Assembly (NCBI GenBank): GCA_963782115.1
Contig: CAWAIK010000030.1
Coordinates: 152,249-216,248, forward strand
Source: an uncultured Verrucomicrobiae bacterium
GTDB lineage: Bacteria; Verrucomicrobiota; Verrucomicrobiia; Chthoniobacterales; JAFAMB01
Direction of reading: 5' to 3'
Length of the DNA: 64,000 bases
This document shows positions 1-9,459 of this stretch, piece by piece. Positions within the stretch are counted from its first letter, which is position 1. Every line of letters begins with the position of its first letter. Both the position numbers and the translations under genes were made by a program. The notes beneath the pieces were generated by a model. That model made no database searches and was not told the origin of the DNA. It saw nothing but the letters and a program-made list of their open reading frames with translations.

Positions 1-477
1 CCAGTCCAGCGATTGAGCGTCTCGGAAAAAAAATCGAAGAGTTGCCGGCAAAACGAGGTAATACCCAAGGACAACACCCCCGAGGAAAAGACCGAAGCCG
101 ATCCCGACTGCCGGAAGCATAGCCTTCTTTTCCTGTGGGGTGAGTGCCGGGAGAATGAATTGACCGGCAAAGTAAATCAAGAATGGAAACGCCAGAACGA
201 TTCCGGCGTAAAACGCAAGCTGGAACGAGATCGTCATCGAGTCTGCGACACCCAATGAGACAAGGGATCTCAGCAACTTCGGATCGATCGCCTTGAGCGG
301 AGCCTGCAGGATATGGACCAGTTGCGTGCGAAAGCAAAACGACAAAAGCATTGCGGTGCCGAGTGCGGCAGCCATCTTGACGATGACCCAGCGCAAGTCC
401 TCGAGGTGATCCAGGAAAGGTTTGACCGCTTCGCCCTGCTCGCCTTCGCGAAACTTGAATATCCTCGAGATCTTCAT
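1..477 (-). CDS. tatC: Tat translocase subunit TatC, N-terminal part only (3' end runs off the window)
   Basis: My reverse-complement translation from the ATG at 477-475 gives MKISRIFKFREGEQGEAVKPFLDHLEDLRWVIVKMAAALGTAMLL. The FLDHLEELR-type opening followed by TM helices is typical of TatC. Its ATG overlaps the TGA of the NUDIX gene (ATGA at 474-477). It is absent from the ORF track because it is open-ended. Confidence 0.8.
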   Translation of the reverse strand, partial: MKISRIFKFREGEQGEAVKPFLDHLEDLRWVIVKMAAALGTAMLLSFCFRTQLVHILQAPLKAIDPKLLRSLVSLGVADSMTISFQLAFYAGIVLAFPFLIYFAGQFILPALTPQEKKAMLPAVGIGFGLFLGGVVLGYYLVLPATLRFFFRDAQSLDW

Positions 478-1055
478 GGGATGAGTCTTTTCGCGTAGAG
501 CCGGGCAAATAGGGCGAGCGTGTTCGCGTCCTGAATCACGCTTTCTGCAATCATCGAACTCAATTCCTTTAGGCTAAATTCCCGGCATTCCACGATTGAT
601 TCACTTTCGTCCGGCTTTTGGCCAAATCCGGTTGGTTGGACAGGCCGGGCTAGAAACAGGTGGGGCGTCTCGTCGCTGTATCCTTGCGATGAATAATAGT
701 GCCCCAGATAGATCAGTTCGCCCTCGGCCGTCAAGGAGTATCCGGTCTCTTCGGATAACTCGCGCCGCGCGGTCTCGCGGATCATTTCCATTTCAGGCTC
801 AAGAGAACCGTCAATTTGGCCTGCTGGAAATTCCCAAAGAATTTTTCGAACTGGGATCCTGGCCTGGTGAATGAGAACGAAATTTCCCTCACTGGTTAAG
901 GGCGCAATCACCACGGCCTGCTTTCTTCGGACGACCGTCCAGTGGCGAACGCGAACCTCGCCTGGAAGGATGACTCGCTCACGGAAAACCTCGATATAAG
1001 AATTCTTGAAGAGGGAATCGATTTCCAGAATTTGCCAGCCGTCAGGGTTGTTCAC
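474..1055 (-). CDS. NUDIX hydrolase (ADP-ribose pyrophosphatase-like)
   Basis: 193-aa ORF with a Nudix box: GQIDGSLEPEMEMIRETARRELSEETGY (GX5EX7REUXEEXGU). It overlaps the argH 3' end by 14 nt. Confidence 0.85.
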   Translation of the reverse strand: MNNPDGWQILEIDSLFKNSYIEVFRERVILPGEVRVRHWTVVRRKQAVVIAPLTSEGNFVLIHQARIPVRKILWEFPAGQIDGSLEPEMEMIRETARRELSEETGYSLTAEGELIYLGHYYSSQGYSDETPHLFLARPVQPTGFGQKPDESESIVECREFSLKELSSMIAESVIQDANTLALFARLYAKRLIP

Positions 1056-2415
1056 GAAGGATTGCGTTCCACGCTTCTAATGCCGCCGCAACATTTTTTC
1101 GTGAAGGTGCGCCGGTAGCAGTTCGGCGGTCGATCGCGCGATCAAGATCCAAGACTGCGAAGAGATCCGACCCGAAGTTCTCGCTGAACCGGCGGAATTC
1201 TTCCAATTTCAGCTCCGCAAATCCTCGATGCTGTTCAATGGAATAGGCTACCAGTCTCCCGATTACTTCATGAGCCTGCCGGAATGGGAGACCATGGAGG
1301 ACAAGGTAATCGGCGAGATCGGTGGCGAGCAGGGCGGGGTCGCTGGCGGCCTCCCGCGTACGCTGTGAATCAACTTCGATCTCGGGGATCATTCCCGTGT
1401 AGACTTCGAGAACCAATTTGATCTGATCGACCGAATCGAAAACGGCTTCCTTGTCTTCTTGCAGATCGCGATTGTAGGTCATCGGAAGACCTTTGAGGGT
1501 GGTAAGAAGTGAGACAAGGTTTCCGACCAAACGACCTGTTTTACCACGGGTAAGTTCGCTGACGTCCGGGTTCTTTTTCTGCGGCATTAAACTGGAACCG
1601 GTCGTGTAACGGTCGCTGATCTTGATGAAGTGGAATTCGGACGACGCAAAAATGATCAGGTCTTCACTGAGACGTGAGAGGTGAATACCGGTGAGTGCCA
1701 GCGCGAATAAAAACTCAGCGACGAAGTCGCGGTCGCTGACAGCATCCATGCTGTTGCGGGTCACCTCCGCGAAACCGAGCAGTCTGGCGATGTACGCTCG
1801 GTCGAGTTCGATCGTTGATCCAGCGATCGCCCCGGATCCGAGCGGCAGGCGATTGATCCGCTTGCGAGCGTCAACAAGGCGTTCCCGATCTCTCTCGAGC
1901 ATTTCGACGTAAGCCAGCAGATGATGCCCGAAAAGAACCGGTTGCGCCCGCTGAAGATGCGTGTAACCCGGTAGAATGGTCTCCCGGTATTTTCCCGCAA
2001 GCCCGACCAAGGCGCGTTGCAGGTCGGCAATCCGGTGGCAGACTTCGTCGGTCTCGTGCCGAAGAAAAAGTCTCAGGTCCAGAGCGACCTGATCGTTTCG
2101 GCTTCGAGCAGTGTGCAATTTCGCACCGGCGGAACCGATCCGCGCGGTCAGCGCCGCTTCGATGTTCATGTGAACGTCTTCCAGATCGATGCGAAACGGG
2201 AACCGTCCCTCCTCGATTTCCTGTTCGATGGCCTTCAGGCCTGACTCAATCTTCTGCAACTCTTCCGGGGCGAGAAGACCGGCTTTTTCCAGGGCCGAAG
2301 CGTGGGCGATTGATCCCTGGATATCAAATTTGTACAGTCGCCAATCAAACGAGATCGATTCGGTGAACCGTTGAACCGCAGGCGCAGTTTCTTGTTGAAA
2401 GCGTCCTTTCCACAT
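1042..2415 (-). CDS. argH: argininosuccinate lyase
   Basis: 457 aa. N-terminus MWKGRFQQE...FDWRLYKFDIQGSIAHASAL and fumarate-lyase signature GSSLMPQKKNPD. Confidence 0.95.
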   Translation of the reverse strand: MWKGRFQQETAPAVQRFTESISFDWRLYKFDIQGSIAHASALEKAGLLAPEELQKIESGLKAIEQEIEEGRFPFRIDLEDVHMNIEAALTARIGSAGAKLHTARSRNDQVALDLRLFLRHETDEVCHRIADLQRALVGLAGKYRETILPGYTHLQRAQPVLFGHHLLAYVEMLERDRERLVDARKRINRLPLGSGAIAGSTIELDRAYIARLLGFAEVTRNSMDAVSDRDFVAEFLFALALTGIHLSRLSEDLIIFASSEFHFIKISDRYTTGSSLMPQKKNPDVSELTRGKTGRLVGNLVSLLTTLKGLPMTYNRDLQEDKEAVFDSVDQIKLVLEVYTGMIPEIEVDSQRTREAASDPALLATDLADYLVLHGLPFRQAHEVIGRLVAYSIEQHRGFAELKLEEFRRFSENFGSDLFAVLDLDRAIDRRTATGAPSRKNVAAALEAWNAILREQP

Positions 2416-2427
2416 GGTGGTTGGTGC

Positions 2428-3651
2428 CTACGGTTCGACCCGGGCGAGCCCGAAACCGGCATGCACAAGGTTGGCTCCCTCATCGACATTGGTTTCATCG
2501 ACAATCACTGAAATCTTGATTTCGGAGGTCGTGATCATCTGGATGTTGATTCCGGCTTTTCCCAGCAGGTCGAACATTTTGGCTGCGACACCTGAATGGG
2601 AACGCATACCGATGCCTACGACGCTGAGCTTGGCGATCCCGCCCTGAGCGGCAAACCCGTTGGCGCCGATTTCCTGGACGATCGGGCCGAGGTGCTTTTC
2701 TATTTTCGGCAGTTCATCCGCGAGGGTGGTAAACGAAATATCGGTGCTGCCGGCTTCAGAGACGTTCTGGACGATCATATCGACGTTCACGTTGATCGCC
2801 GCAATCTCATTAAAAATTCGTGAGGCGATACCAGGCTTGTCAGGTACGCCGCTGATCGTGACTTTTGCTTGTCTGCGGTCGACGCTGACTCCGCGGATGA
2901 CTACTTTCTCCATGCCGGCTGTTTCTTCTTTCACTAGGGTTCCTGGCTGATCGTTAAAACTGCTCCTGACCTCGAAAATGACCGCGAATTTTTTGGCAAA
3001 CTCAACCGAACGAGACTGCATGATCTTTGATCCGAGACTGGCCATCTCGAGCATCTCATCGTAGGAAATCTCGGGAATCTTCAGAGCATCTTTGACAATG
3101 CGGGGATCGCAGGTGTAGACGCCGTCGACATCGGTAAAAATCTGGCAAAGATCGGCTTTAATTGAAGCGGCCAGTGCAATGGCGGTGAGGTCCGACCCGC
3201 CACGACCAAGCGTGGTGATCAGGCCTTCGAGAGTCTCACCTTGGAACCCTGCAACGATGACGATGTTACCCGAGTCCAGAAACGTGTGAATGCGTTTGGG
3301 AGTGATATTGGCAATTTTGGCTTTAGTATGAACGCCATCTGTAACGATCCCAGCCTGAGGCCCTGTCAACGAGATCGCGCAGCCGCCCAGGCCGTTGATC
3401 GCCATCGCGGTCAGCGCGATCGTTGTCTGTTCACCGGTGGCGAGGAGAACGTCCATTTCTCTTTCGGCTGGGTGCGGCGCCACTTGGCGCGCGAGTTTGA
3501 TCAGGTTATCCGTCACTCCGGACATGGCCGATAGAACCGCGACTACCTGGTTGCCTGCCTGCTGCGTTCGCAGGATACGCCGAGCCACCTCCAGGATGCG
3601 TTCGGGAGTTCCGACGGATGTTCCGCCGTACTTTTGCACGATCAAACTCAT
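2428..3651 (-). CDS. lysC: aspartate kinase
   Basis: 407 aa. Starts MSLIVQKYGGTSVG (KYGGTS motif) and has C-terminal ACT-like repeats. Its ATG overlaps the thrC stop (ATGA). Confidence 0.93.
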   Translation of the reverse strand: MSLIVQKYGGTSVGTPERILEVARRILRTQQAGNQVVAVLSAMSGVTDNLIKLARQVAPHPAEREMDVLLATGEQTTIALTAMAINGLGGCAISLTGPQAGIVTDGVHTKAKIANITPKRIHTFLDSGNIVIVAGFQGETLEGLITTLGRGGSDLTAIALAASIKADLCQIFTDVDGVYTCDPRIVKDALKIPEISYDEMLEMASLGSKIMQSRSVEFAKKFAVIFEVRSSFNDQPGTLVKEETAGMEKVVIRGVSVDRRQAKVTISGVPDKPGIASRIFNEIAAINVNVDMIVQNVSEAGSTDISFTTLADELPKIEKHLGPIVQEIGANGFAAQGGIAKLSVVGIGMRSHSGVAAKMFDLLGKAGINIQMITTSEIKISVIVDETNVDEGANLVHAGFGLARVEP

Positions 3652-4757
3652 TTTGCTTTTTCTAAAATGGACAGAATTGCGGCTTTGTCGGCGGCGGCAG
3701 CCACAGGTTTCAGGCGGTCATTCAGCACCGCCGCGGTGTCTTTCAGGCCATGTCCCGTGAGCGTGCAGACAATCACGGCGTCGTCCGGGATTTCCCGGCC
3801 TGGACAGGAGGCGCAGGCTGTCTGCGAAAGGCATTTGAAAAGGCCGGCCACCGAAGCGGCGCTGGCAGGTTCTACGAAAACGCCTTCTTTGGATGCTAAC
3901 CAGCTTTGGGCCGCAAATATCTCTTCGTCCGTAATAATCTCAATTACGCCGCCGGATTCTTGAAATGCGGCATTTGCCAAGTTCCAGCTCGCTGGATTTC
4001 CGATCCGGATGGCGGATGCTGCGGTTTCCGGATGTTCGATGATTCGGTCGAAGTAGATCGGAGCGGCGCCAGCAGCCTCAAACCCGAGCATCCGGGGAAG
4101 CCGGGTTGCCCGGTTTAACTGGTGGTATTCGACGTACCCACGCCAATAGGCGGTGGTGTTCCCGGCGTTCCCGACGGGCAGCAGATGAAGATGCGGGGCG
4201 TCGCCCAAGGCATCGATGATTTCAAACGCCGCGGTCTTTTGCCCTTCAAGACGATACGCATTGATGGAATTGACGACCGAAATCCCAGGTTCACTTGACA
4301 GTTCGCGCACCAACTTCAGACACTGATCAAAGTTGGCGTCGAGGGCGATAACCACTGCGCCGTAAACGAACGCCTGAGCGAGTTTGCCCATGGCGATTTT
4401 TCCAGAGGGCAAGAGCACGGCGCACTGAATTCCGGCGCGCGCAGCATAGGCCGCAGCAGCCGCGGAGGTGTTACCGGTGGAAGCGCAAACGATGAGGCGC
4501 GAGCCCAATTCGGCGGCCTTGCTCACCGCAACGGTCATCCCGCGATCTTTGAAAGACCCGGTCGGATTTGACCCTTCGTGTTTGAGATAAACCCGGCTAC
4601 CGCGGCCGACAATCGCGCTCAAGCGGGGTGAATAAATTAAGGGCGTCGATCCTTCGCTTAACGAAACAACCGGGGTCGCTTCCGTCACCGGAAGATGTTC
4701 GCGGTATCGTTCGATCACGCCGATCGTGGCTCCGGGTGCTTCTCGTGATCCGTTCAT
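3648..4757 (-). CDS. thrC: threonine synthase
   Basis: PLP-lysine motif GSFKDRGMT and overall ThrC-like sequence. I chose the internal ATG at 4757 (MNGSREAPG...) because it forms an ATGA overlap with the hom stop. The ORF track extends to 4796. Confidence 0.9.
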   Translation of the reverse strand: MNGSREAPGATIGVIERYREHLPVTEATPVVSLSEGSTPLIYSPRLSAIVGRGSRVYLKHEGSNPTGSFKDRGMTVAVSKAAELGSRLIVCASTGNTSAAAAAYAARAGIQCAVLLPSGKIAMGKLAQAFVYGAVVIALDANFDQCLKLVRELSSEPGISVVNSINAYRLEGQKTAAFEIIDALGDAPHLHLLPVGNAGNTTAYWRGYVEYHQLNRATRLPRMLGFEAAGAAPIYFDRIIEHPETAASAIRIGNPASWNLANAAFQESGGVIEIITDEEIFAAQSWLASKEGVFVEPASAASVAGLFKCLSQTACASCPGREIPDDAVIVCTLTGHGLKDTAAVLNDRLKPVAAAADKAAILSILEKAK

Positions 4758-6043
4758 GAAAGAACCCACAACAACATCGGGGGCGCCTTGACGCAATCCA
4801 GCTTTTCAATGCGTTGAACAGCGGTCCGCATTCGATCAAACGGTGCATCGTGGATGATCAGAACCAGCGGCACGGCGTCTCCCTCGTGTCCCTCCGGCTG
4901 GATAACGGAGGAGATTCCGATTTGGTGCGATCCCAGGATACTCGCAACCTGGGCTAGAACCCCTGGCGCATCGATGACGGATAATCGCAGATAATACCCT
5001 GAAGAGACTTGTTCGATCGGGAGACATTTCCCATACAGCCCGTGCGGGGTGAATCCGAAAGCTTTACCGCCGGAATCATACCATATGGCAGCCTGCGCCA
5101 AATCGCTGATGACAGAACTCGTCGTTGGGTCCTGGCCTGCGCCGCGTCCATAAAACAAAGTATCGCCGACCAGGTCGCCACGAACCATCAAGGCGTTAAA
5201 AACGCCGTTTACCGAAGCGAGGACGTGCTGTTTTGGCACCAGAGTCGGATGCACATGCGCTTCGACAAGGCCATCGCTGTTAGTCCGAATGGTGGCGACC
5301 AGTTTAATCCTGTAACCTAATCGATCTGCAAATCGAATATCCGAGGCCTTCACTGTCTCGATGCCGGCAACGTGGATCTGATCGGTGCTCACCCAGAATC
5401 CGTAAGCAAGGGACGCCAGAATGATCGCTTTGTGCGCCGCGTCCCAGCCATTCACATCAAGTGCCGGGTCTGCTTCGGCGTAACCCTGTTCCTGGGCTTC
5501 CCGCAACGCCTCCGGAAAATCCATGCTTTCCTCGGTCATCCTGGACAAGATGTAATTGCTCGTGCCGTTCAGAATAGCGTGGACGGATTCGATGTGATTT
5601 CCGATAAACCCCTCCCTGATCGATTTGATGATCGGGATGCCGCCAGCGACTGCGGCTTCGAAAAAGATCGGGACACCTTTCTCCGCCGCCTTCTCCAAAA
5701 TCTCGAATCCACGCTCGGCGAGCAACGCTTTGTTCCCTGTCACCACGACTTTGCCAGCATCCAAGGCCCGCATCATGAAGTGGTATGGAGTGTCAATTCC
5801 TCCCATTAACTCCACGAGAATTTGTATTCCAGGGTCTTCGACGAGCTCTTCCCAATTGCTCGTCATGATCTCCGCTGGAGGATGCACGGACCGGACCAGT
5901 TTGGGATTTCTGACCGCAATCCGCCGCACCGCGAGCTCAAGACCAACACGTTCGCTGATAATGGCTCGGTTCTGGATCAGGTGTTTATAGACACCTGCTC
6001 CTACAGTGCCAAGGCCTGCTAATCCGATACCTATCTGGTCCAT
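4754..6043 (-). CDS. hom: homoserine dehydrogenase (with C-terminal ACT domain)
   Basis: 429 aa. N-terminal Rossmann GLAGLGTVGAGV, a central Hom catalytic region and a C-terminal ACT-like segment (YYLRLSVIDAPGVLAQVASILG). Confidence 0.93.
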   Translation of the reverse strand: MDQIGIGLAGLGTVGAGVYKHLIQNRAIISERVGLELAVRRIAVRNPKLVRSVHPPAEIMTSNWEELVEDPGIQILVELMGGIDTPYHFMMRALDAGKVVVTGNKALLAERGFEILEKAAEKGVPIFFEAAVAGGIPIIKSIREGFIGNHIESVHAILNGTSNYILSRMTEESMDFPEALREAQEQGYAEADPALDVNGWDAAHKAIILASLAYGFWVSTDQIHVAGIETVKASDIRFADRLGYRIKLVATIRTNSDGLVEAHVHPTLVPKQHVLASVNGVFNALMVRGDLVGDTLFYGRGAGQDPTTSSVISDLAQAAIWYDSGGKAFGFTPHGLYGKCLPIEQVSSGYYLRLSVIDAPGVLAQVASILGSHQIGISSVIQPEGHEGDAVPLVLIIHDAPFDRMRTAVQRIEKLDCVKAPPMLLWVLS

Positions 6044-6170
6044 TTTTGGGGAGGCGCACTATCGCGAATGTCGAATGAACAGTAAAGTGCGGAGTTTATG
6101 ACATGCGAGGCTTTGCTCAAGTCGCCGACCGCCCGGTATCTCGCTCCAGGAAAATCGAAGGAATTTGCTC

Positions 6171-6929
6171 ATGCGAGACCCAACCGAACGATTTAGCGAC
6201 CGGGTCGAAAATTATGCCAAATATCGCCCAGGTTATCCGGACGACATGTTACACTTCCTGCGGACCCTGGTTACGCCGCCTGCGACAGTCGCGGACATCG
6301 GTTCTGGGACAGGAATTCTTACTTGTCAATTGTTGAAGAATGGTTACGAACTCTATGCCGTAGAGCCGAATGACGCGATGCGAAGCGAGGCCGAACGGAC
6401 ATTAAGCGGTTATCCAGCGTTTCGCAGTGTGCGTGGGACGGCGGAAGCCACGACTCTGGCCGACCGGTCGGTCGTCCTTATAACGTGCGCCCAAGCCTTT
6501 CACTGGTTCGATCGTGTCAAAACAAAACTGGAGTTCTGTCGAATTCTAAAACTCGACGGCATGGCGGCCCTCATCTGGAACGAACGGTTGGATGACTCTT
6601 CACCGGTCAACCGGGTGTATGACAACCTTCTCAAGAGCATGGCCCCCGACTATCAAAATGTCAGCCATCATCAGGTCAGTCTTGAGCAAATTCGGTCTTT
6701 CTTCGCTCCGGGTGAGGTCCAACTCCGGACGTTTCCGAATGACCAGATCCTGGATCGGGAAGGCTTTCTCGGCCGGTTGCTTTCTTCTTCCTATGTCCCA
6801 AACCTGGGTCAGCCGGGTCACCGTGAAATCATTGGTGCGGCCGGAAAAATTTTCGATGCACACAACGTGGGCGGCAGAATCACGTTCGACTGTGAAACGA
6901 AGCTTTATGTTGGGCGGTTTTGTCACTAG
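6171..6929 (+). CDS. class I SAM-dependent methyltransferase
   Basis: Motif I VADIGSGTGILT, with a Methyltransf_11-like layout. ATG at 6171 (the ORF track uses the TTG at 6165). The stop TAG at 6927-6929 lies inside the CTAG that flanks the repeat element. Confidence 0.8.
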   Translation: MRDPTERFSDRVENYAKYRPGYPDDMLHFLRTLVTPPATVADIGSGTGILTCQLLKNGYELYAVEPNDAMRSEAERTLSGYPAFRSVRGTAEATTLADRSVVLITCAQAFHWFDRVKTKLEFCRILKLDGMAALIWNERLDDSSPVNRVYDNLLKSMAPDYQNVSHHQVSLEQIRSFFAPGEVQLRTFPNDQILDREGFLGRLLSSSYVPNLGQPGHREIIGAAGKIFDAHNVGGRITFDCETKLYVGRFCH

Positions 6930-6988
6930 TGTCCTGTCCCTAAATAGCAGACCTCCGGCAAACTACCTGCTATTTCGGGGACAGGACA
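6930..6988. mobile_element. 59-bp mini-copy of a CTAG-flanked palindromic (MITE-like) repeat
   Basis: CTAG(6926-6929) TGTCCTGTCCCTAAATAGCAG-acctccggcaa-ACTACCTGCTATTTCGGGGACAGGACA CTAG(6989-6992). The arms are inverted repeats and match the ends of the 231-bp element at 58948-59178. Confidence 0.65.
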
Positions 6989-7091
6989 CTAGTGCACCGT
7001 CTCGCATATAATGGTGTGCACTGGGTGTCCGGCTCCGCTGGCGACGGCTGATTGACCAGCATTTCCAGGTCACGATCGGCAACCTCCCTTT

Positions 7092-8609
7092 ATGCGAGAA
7101 AAGGAGGGCGAATCTTATCATCGTAAAGTTTCGCCAAACCGCCTGGGCCCCCTTTCAATGATGAGCCGGCAAACCAACGATTTGCGCAACGCCACTATTG
7201 CGCTGGCTTTAATGGCGCTGCTCGGCATTGCGTTGATCTTCATATTTCCGGGCTGCCCCGAGCAGGATACGGATTATCACTTTCTTGAGGCGCGCACAGT
7301 GTGGAGCAATCCGTGGCTTTTTGTCGACGTCTGGGCACGCCCGCTGTACACCACGTTTTACTCTCTGCCTGCACTTCTGGGGTTCACCGTGACTCGATTT
7401 TTCGCCGTGGGAATCGGCGTGGCGACTGCTTGGCAGACATGGCGTCTTGCTCGCGACCTGCATTTGGAGCGCGCTTGGCTTGTCATCCCTTTGCTATTGG
7501 GACAGCCCGTGTTTTTTGAGCTTTTCCCCGACCTGCTCACCGAGCCGCTCTTCGCGCTCGTTTTCGTGGTTGCGTTACGCTGGCATTTGCGCGGCTGGAC
7601 CAAGTTCGGAATGCTGGCAGCTTCTCTTCTGCCCCTCGCAAGACCCGAAGGAGTCTTTCTGTGCTTGCTTTGGGGCGCGTGGGTGGTGGCCCAAAACACA
7701 AATCCCACGGCCTCGCTGCAAACGTCGGTTGATCGGAAACGCATCGGCGCGGTTGCTTCGACGCTGATTCTCGCCGCAGGCGTGTTCATTTGGTGGATCG
7801 CGGCGACGTGCATTACGCGCGACCCGCTGTTTATTCTGCATAACTGGCCATCGACTTGGCATCAGGGCATCTATGGTCGTGGGACACTCTTCAACTATAG
7901 CCAACGCGCGTTGGAATTCATTGGCACCTTGCTTGCTGCGCCGTTTGCACTCGGGCTTTGGCGCAAAATGCGTGCGCGGAATTGGATTCCAATCACCACC
8001 TCGTTCCTTCTGCTATTTTCTTTGCACACCCTCTTCCGTGCTTACGGGCTGTTCGGAGAGGCCGGCTACCCGCGCTACATGGTTTCGGTGGCGCCTGCAA
8101 TCGCCCTGCTCACTCTGGAGGGGTGGAATGCTATCGCACTGCGGATCGAAAAGTGGCCACGCTTTGCTTCCGGCGTGCTGGGGTTGACGGTTCTCAGCGT
8201 TTCTCTCGTGCAAAGCTTTCGCTATCTGGACTCGTTTCCTTCGGCGCGCGATTCGATTGCCATTCGTGAAATGTCCAACTGGTTACGCGAGCACCCGGAG
8301 CCTTATAAACGGCTGATCTGGAGCAATGCCCGAATGTGTATCGTAGCCGGATTGACACTTGAACAGAGTCCCTCGCTACGCCCCGCCGGCCGGGAAACGA
8401 CGCTCGCTTTGCTGCGGGATGCGACTTCTGGCACGCTGGTCTTCTGGGATAATCATTTCGGCCCGGACTGGTTCGGTCTCACTGCCGGTGACATTGAAAA
8501 CAGCGGTTACAAACGCCTTCGCACCCGACGCTATTCGCTCCCTGGCATCGTGGTCCGGGATGCTGGTGGCAATCGCGAAATCGAGCTAAGTCTGCTTTTT
8601 AAGCCATAG
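7092..8609 (+). CDS. polytopic membrane protein, GT-C-type (ArnT/PMT-like) glycosyltransferase candidate
   Basis: 505 aa with at least 10 predicted TM helices. An acidic DxD-type loop (EQDTDYHF) follows the first TM, as in the GT39/83 families. The start is uncertain, with alternative Met codons at 7158/7161. Confidence 0.5.
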   Translation: MREKEGESYHRKVSPNRLGPLSMMSRQTNDLRNATIALALMALLGIALIFIFPGCPEQDTDYHFLEARTVWSNPWLFVDVWARPLYTTFYSLPALLGFTVTRFFAVGIGVATAWQTWRLARDLHLERAWLVIPLLLGQPVFFELFPDLLTEPLFALVFVVALRWHLRGWTKFGMLAASLLPLARPEGVFLCLLWGAWVVAQNTNPTASLQTSVDRKRIGAVASTLILAAGVFIWWIAATCITRDPLFILHNWPSTWHQGIYGRGTLFNYSQRALEFIGTLLAAPFALGLWRKMRARNWIPITTSFLLLFSLHTLFRAYGLFGEAGYPRYMVSVAPAIALLTLEGWNAIALRIEKWPRFASGVLGLTVLSVSLVQSFRYLDSFPSARDSIAIREMSNWLREHPEPYKRLIWSNARMCIVAGLTLEQSPSLRPAGRETTLALLRDATSGTLVFWDNHFGPDWFGLTAGDIENSGYKRLRTRRYSLPGIVVRDAGGNREIELSLLFKP

Positions 8610-9457
8610 GACTCGCTCGGCGGCCAATCGACCGCTCGCAACTGCCAGCCGTACCAAGCGATTAGTGAGAATGCGCCTGCGATGATGAGGCCGGTGAGCA
8701 CAAAAAAGGGAAGGTCACCATGCGGGTATCCTGGTGCCGCTTCTGCGGAAATCATCCATGTTCCGACCGCGACGAGACTCCCCAATGCCACACTGCCGAG
8801 CACGGCATGGCCCGCATGCGCAATCGCAGCTCTTGGTCGGCCCCGCAGTCGCACCGCGAGGGCAGCCGCAAAGTTCATGCAGAGCCCAGACCAGGCCAGC
8901 GCCCCCAACGCGTCAGACGGCCGATGCCAGCCGGCAAACATGACGCTTGTTGCAAATGTGGCGCTCACGCAGCCTGCAGCGACAGCTAGCCACGGTCGCC
9001 AGCGGGATGACGAGATCAAAAGGAAGCTCAAGGCGAGCGAGGTGCCAATTGTCGCGTGCCCGCTTGGGTAGGTGCCGGTCTGAAGCCGTGTCTCGAGCAG
9101 GCCGTCGTTGGGCACCAGCGCGCGCCACGGGAGCAGCTTTTGTTTGAGGATCTCAGCACCGAACACGGCGCATCCAAATCCCACCACCGCGATTACGCCA
9201 ACCAAGGTACAGCGGCGCACAGCCGCGATGACCAGCAGGACGACTGCCGCCAGCAGCAGCGCCGCCTTGGTAACAAGGTCGAGCATGTCGGAGTCTAACC
9301 GTATGACTTTCCGACTCAATGCTGCGCGGCCAAAATACGCGTCGTCATCGAGTTGATGTCCCCACGGTGTGCTCACCAAGACAAAATAGCCGACGATCAG
9401 CAGGACGGCGCACACCAACGCCCCGAGCAGGAGCCGGCCATGAATAGTCGGTTTCAA
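8531..9457 (-). CDS. PAP2-family phosphatase, membrane protein
   Basis: 308 aa and multi-TM. PAP2 motifs YPSGH and AGWHRPSDALGA are present. The 3' end overlaps the convergent gene by 79 bp. Confidence 0.7.
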   Translation of the reverse strand: MKPTIHGRLLLGALVCAVLLIVGYFVLVSTPWGHQLDDDAYFGRAALSRKVIRLDSDMLDLVTKAALLLAAVVLLVIAAVRRCTLVGVIAVVGFGCAVFGAEILKQKLLPWRALVPNDGLLETRLQTGTYPSGHATIGTSLALSFLLISSSRWRPWLAVAAGCVSATFATSVMFAGWHRPSDALGALAWSGLCMNFAAALAVRLRGRPRAAIAHAGHAVLGSVALGSLVAVGTWMISAEAAPGYPHGDLPFFVLTGLIIAGAFSLIAWYGWQLRAVDWPPSESYGLKSRLSSISRLPPASRTTMPGSE

Positions 9458-9459
9458 AT

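Noticed and set aside
8531-8609. 79-bp overlap of convergent 3' ends (GT-C-like gene and PAP2 gene); a similar 96-bp overlap occurs at 26283-26378
   Set aside because: This is probably genuine but uninformative. Both C-terminal tails are low-conservation, and I cannot tell whether either stop is extended by error.
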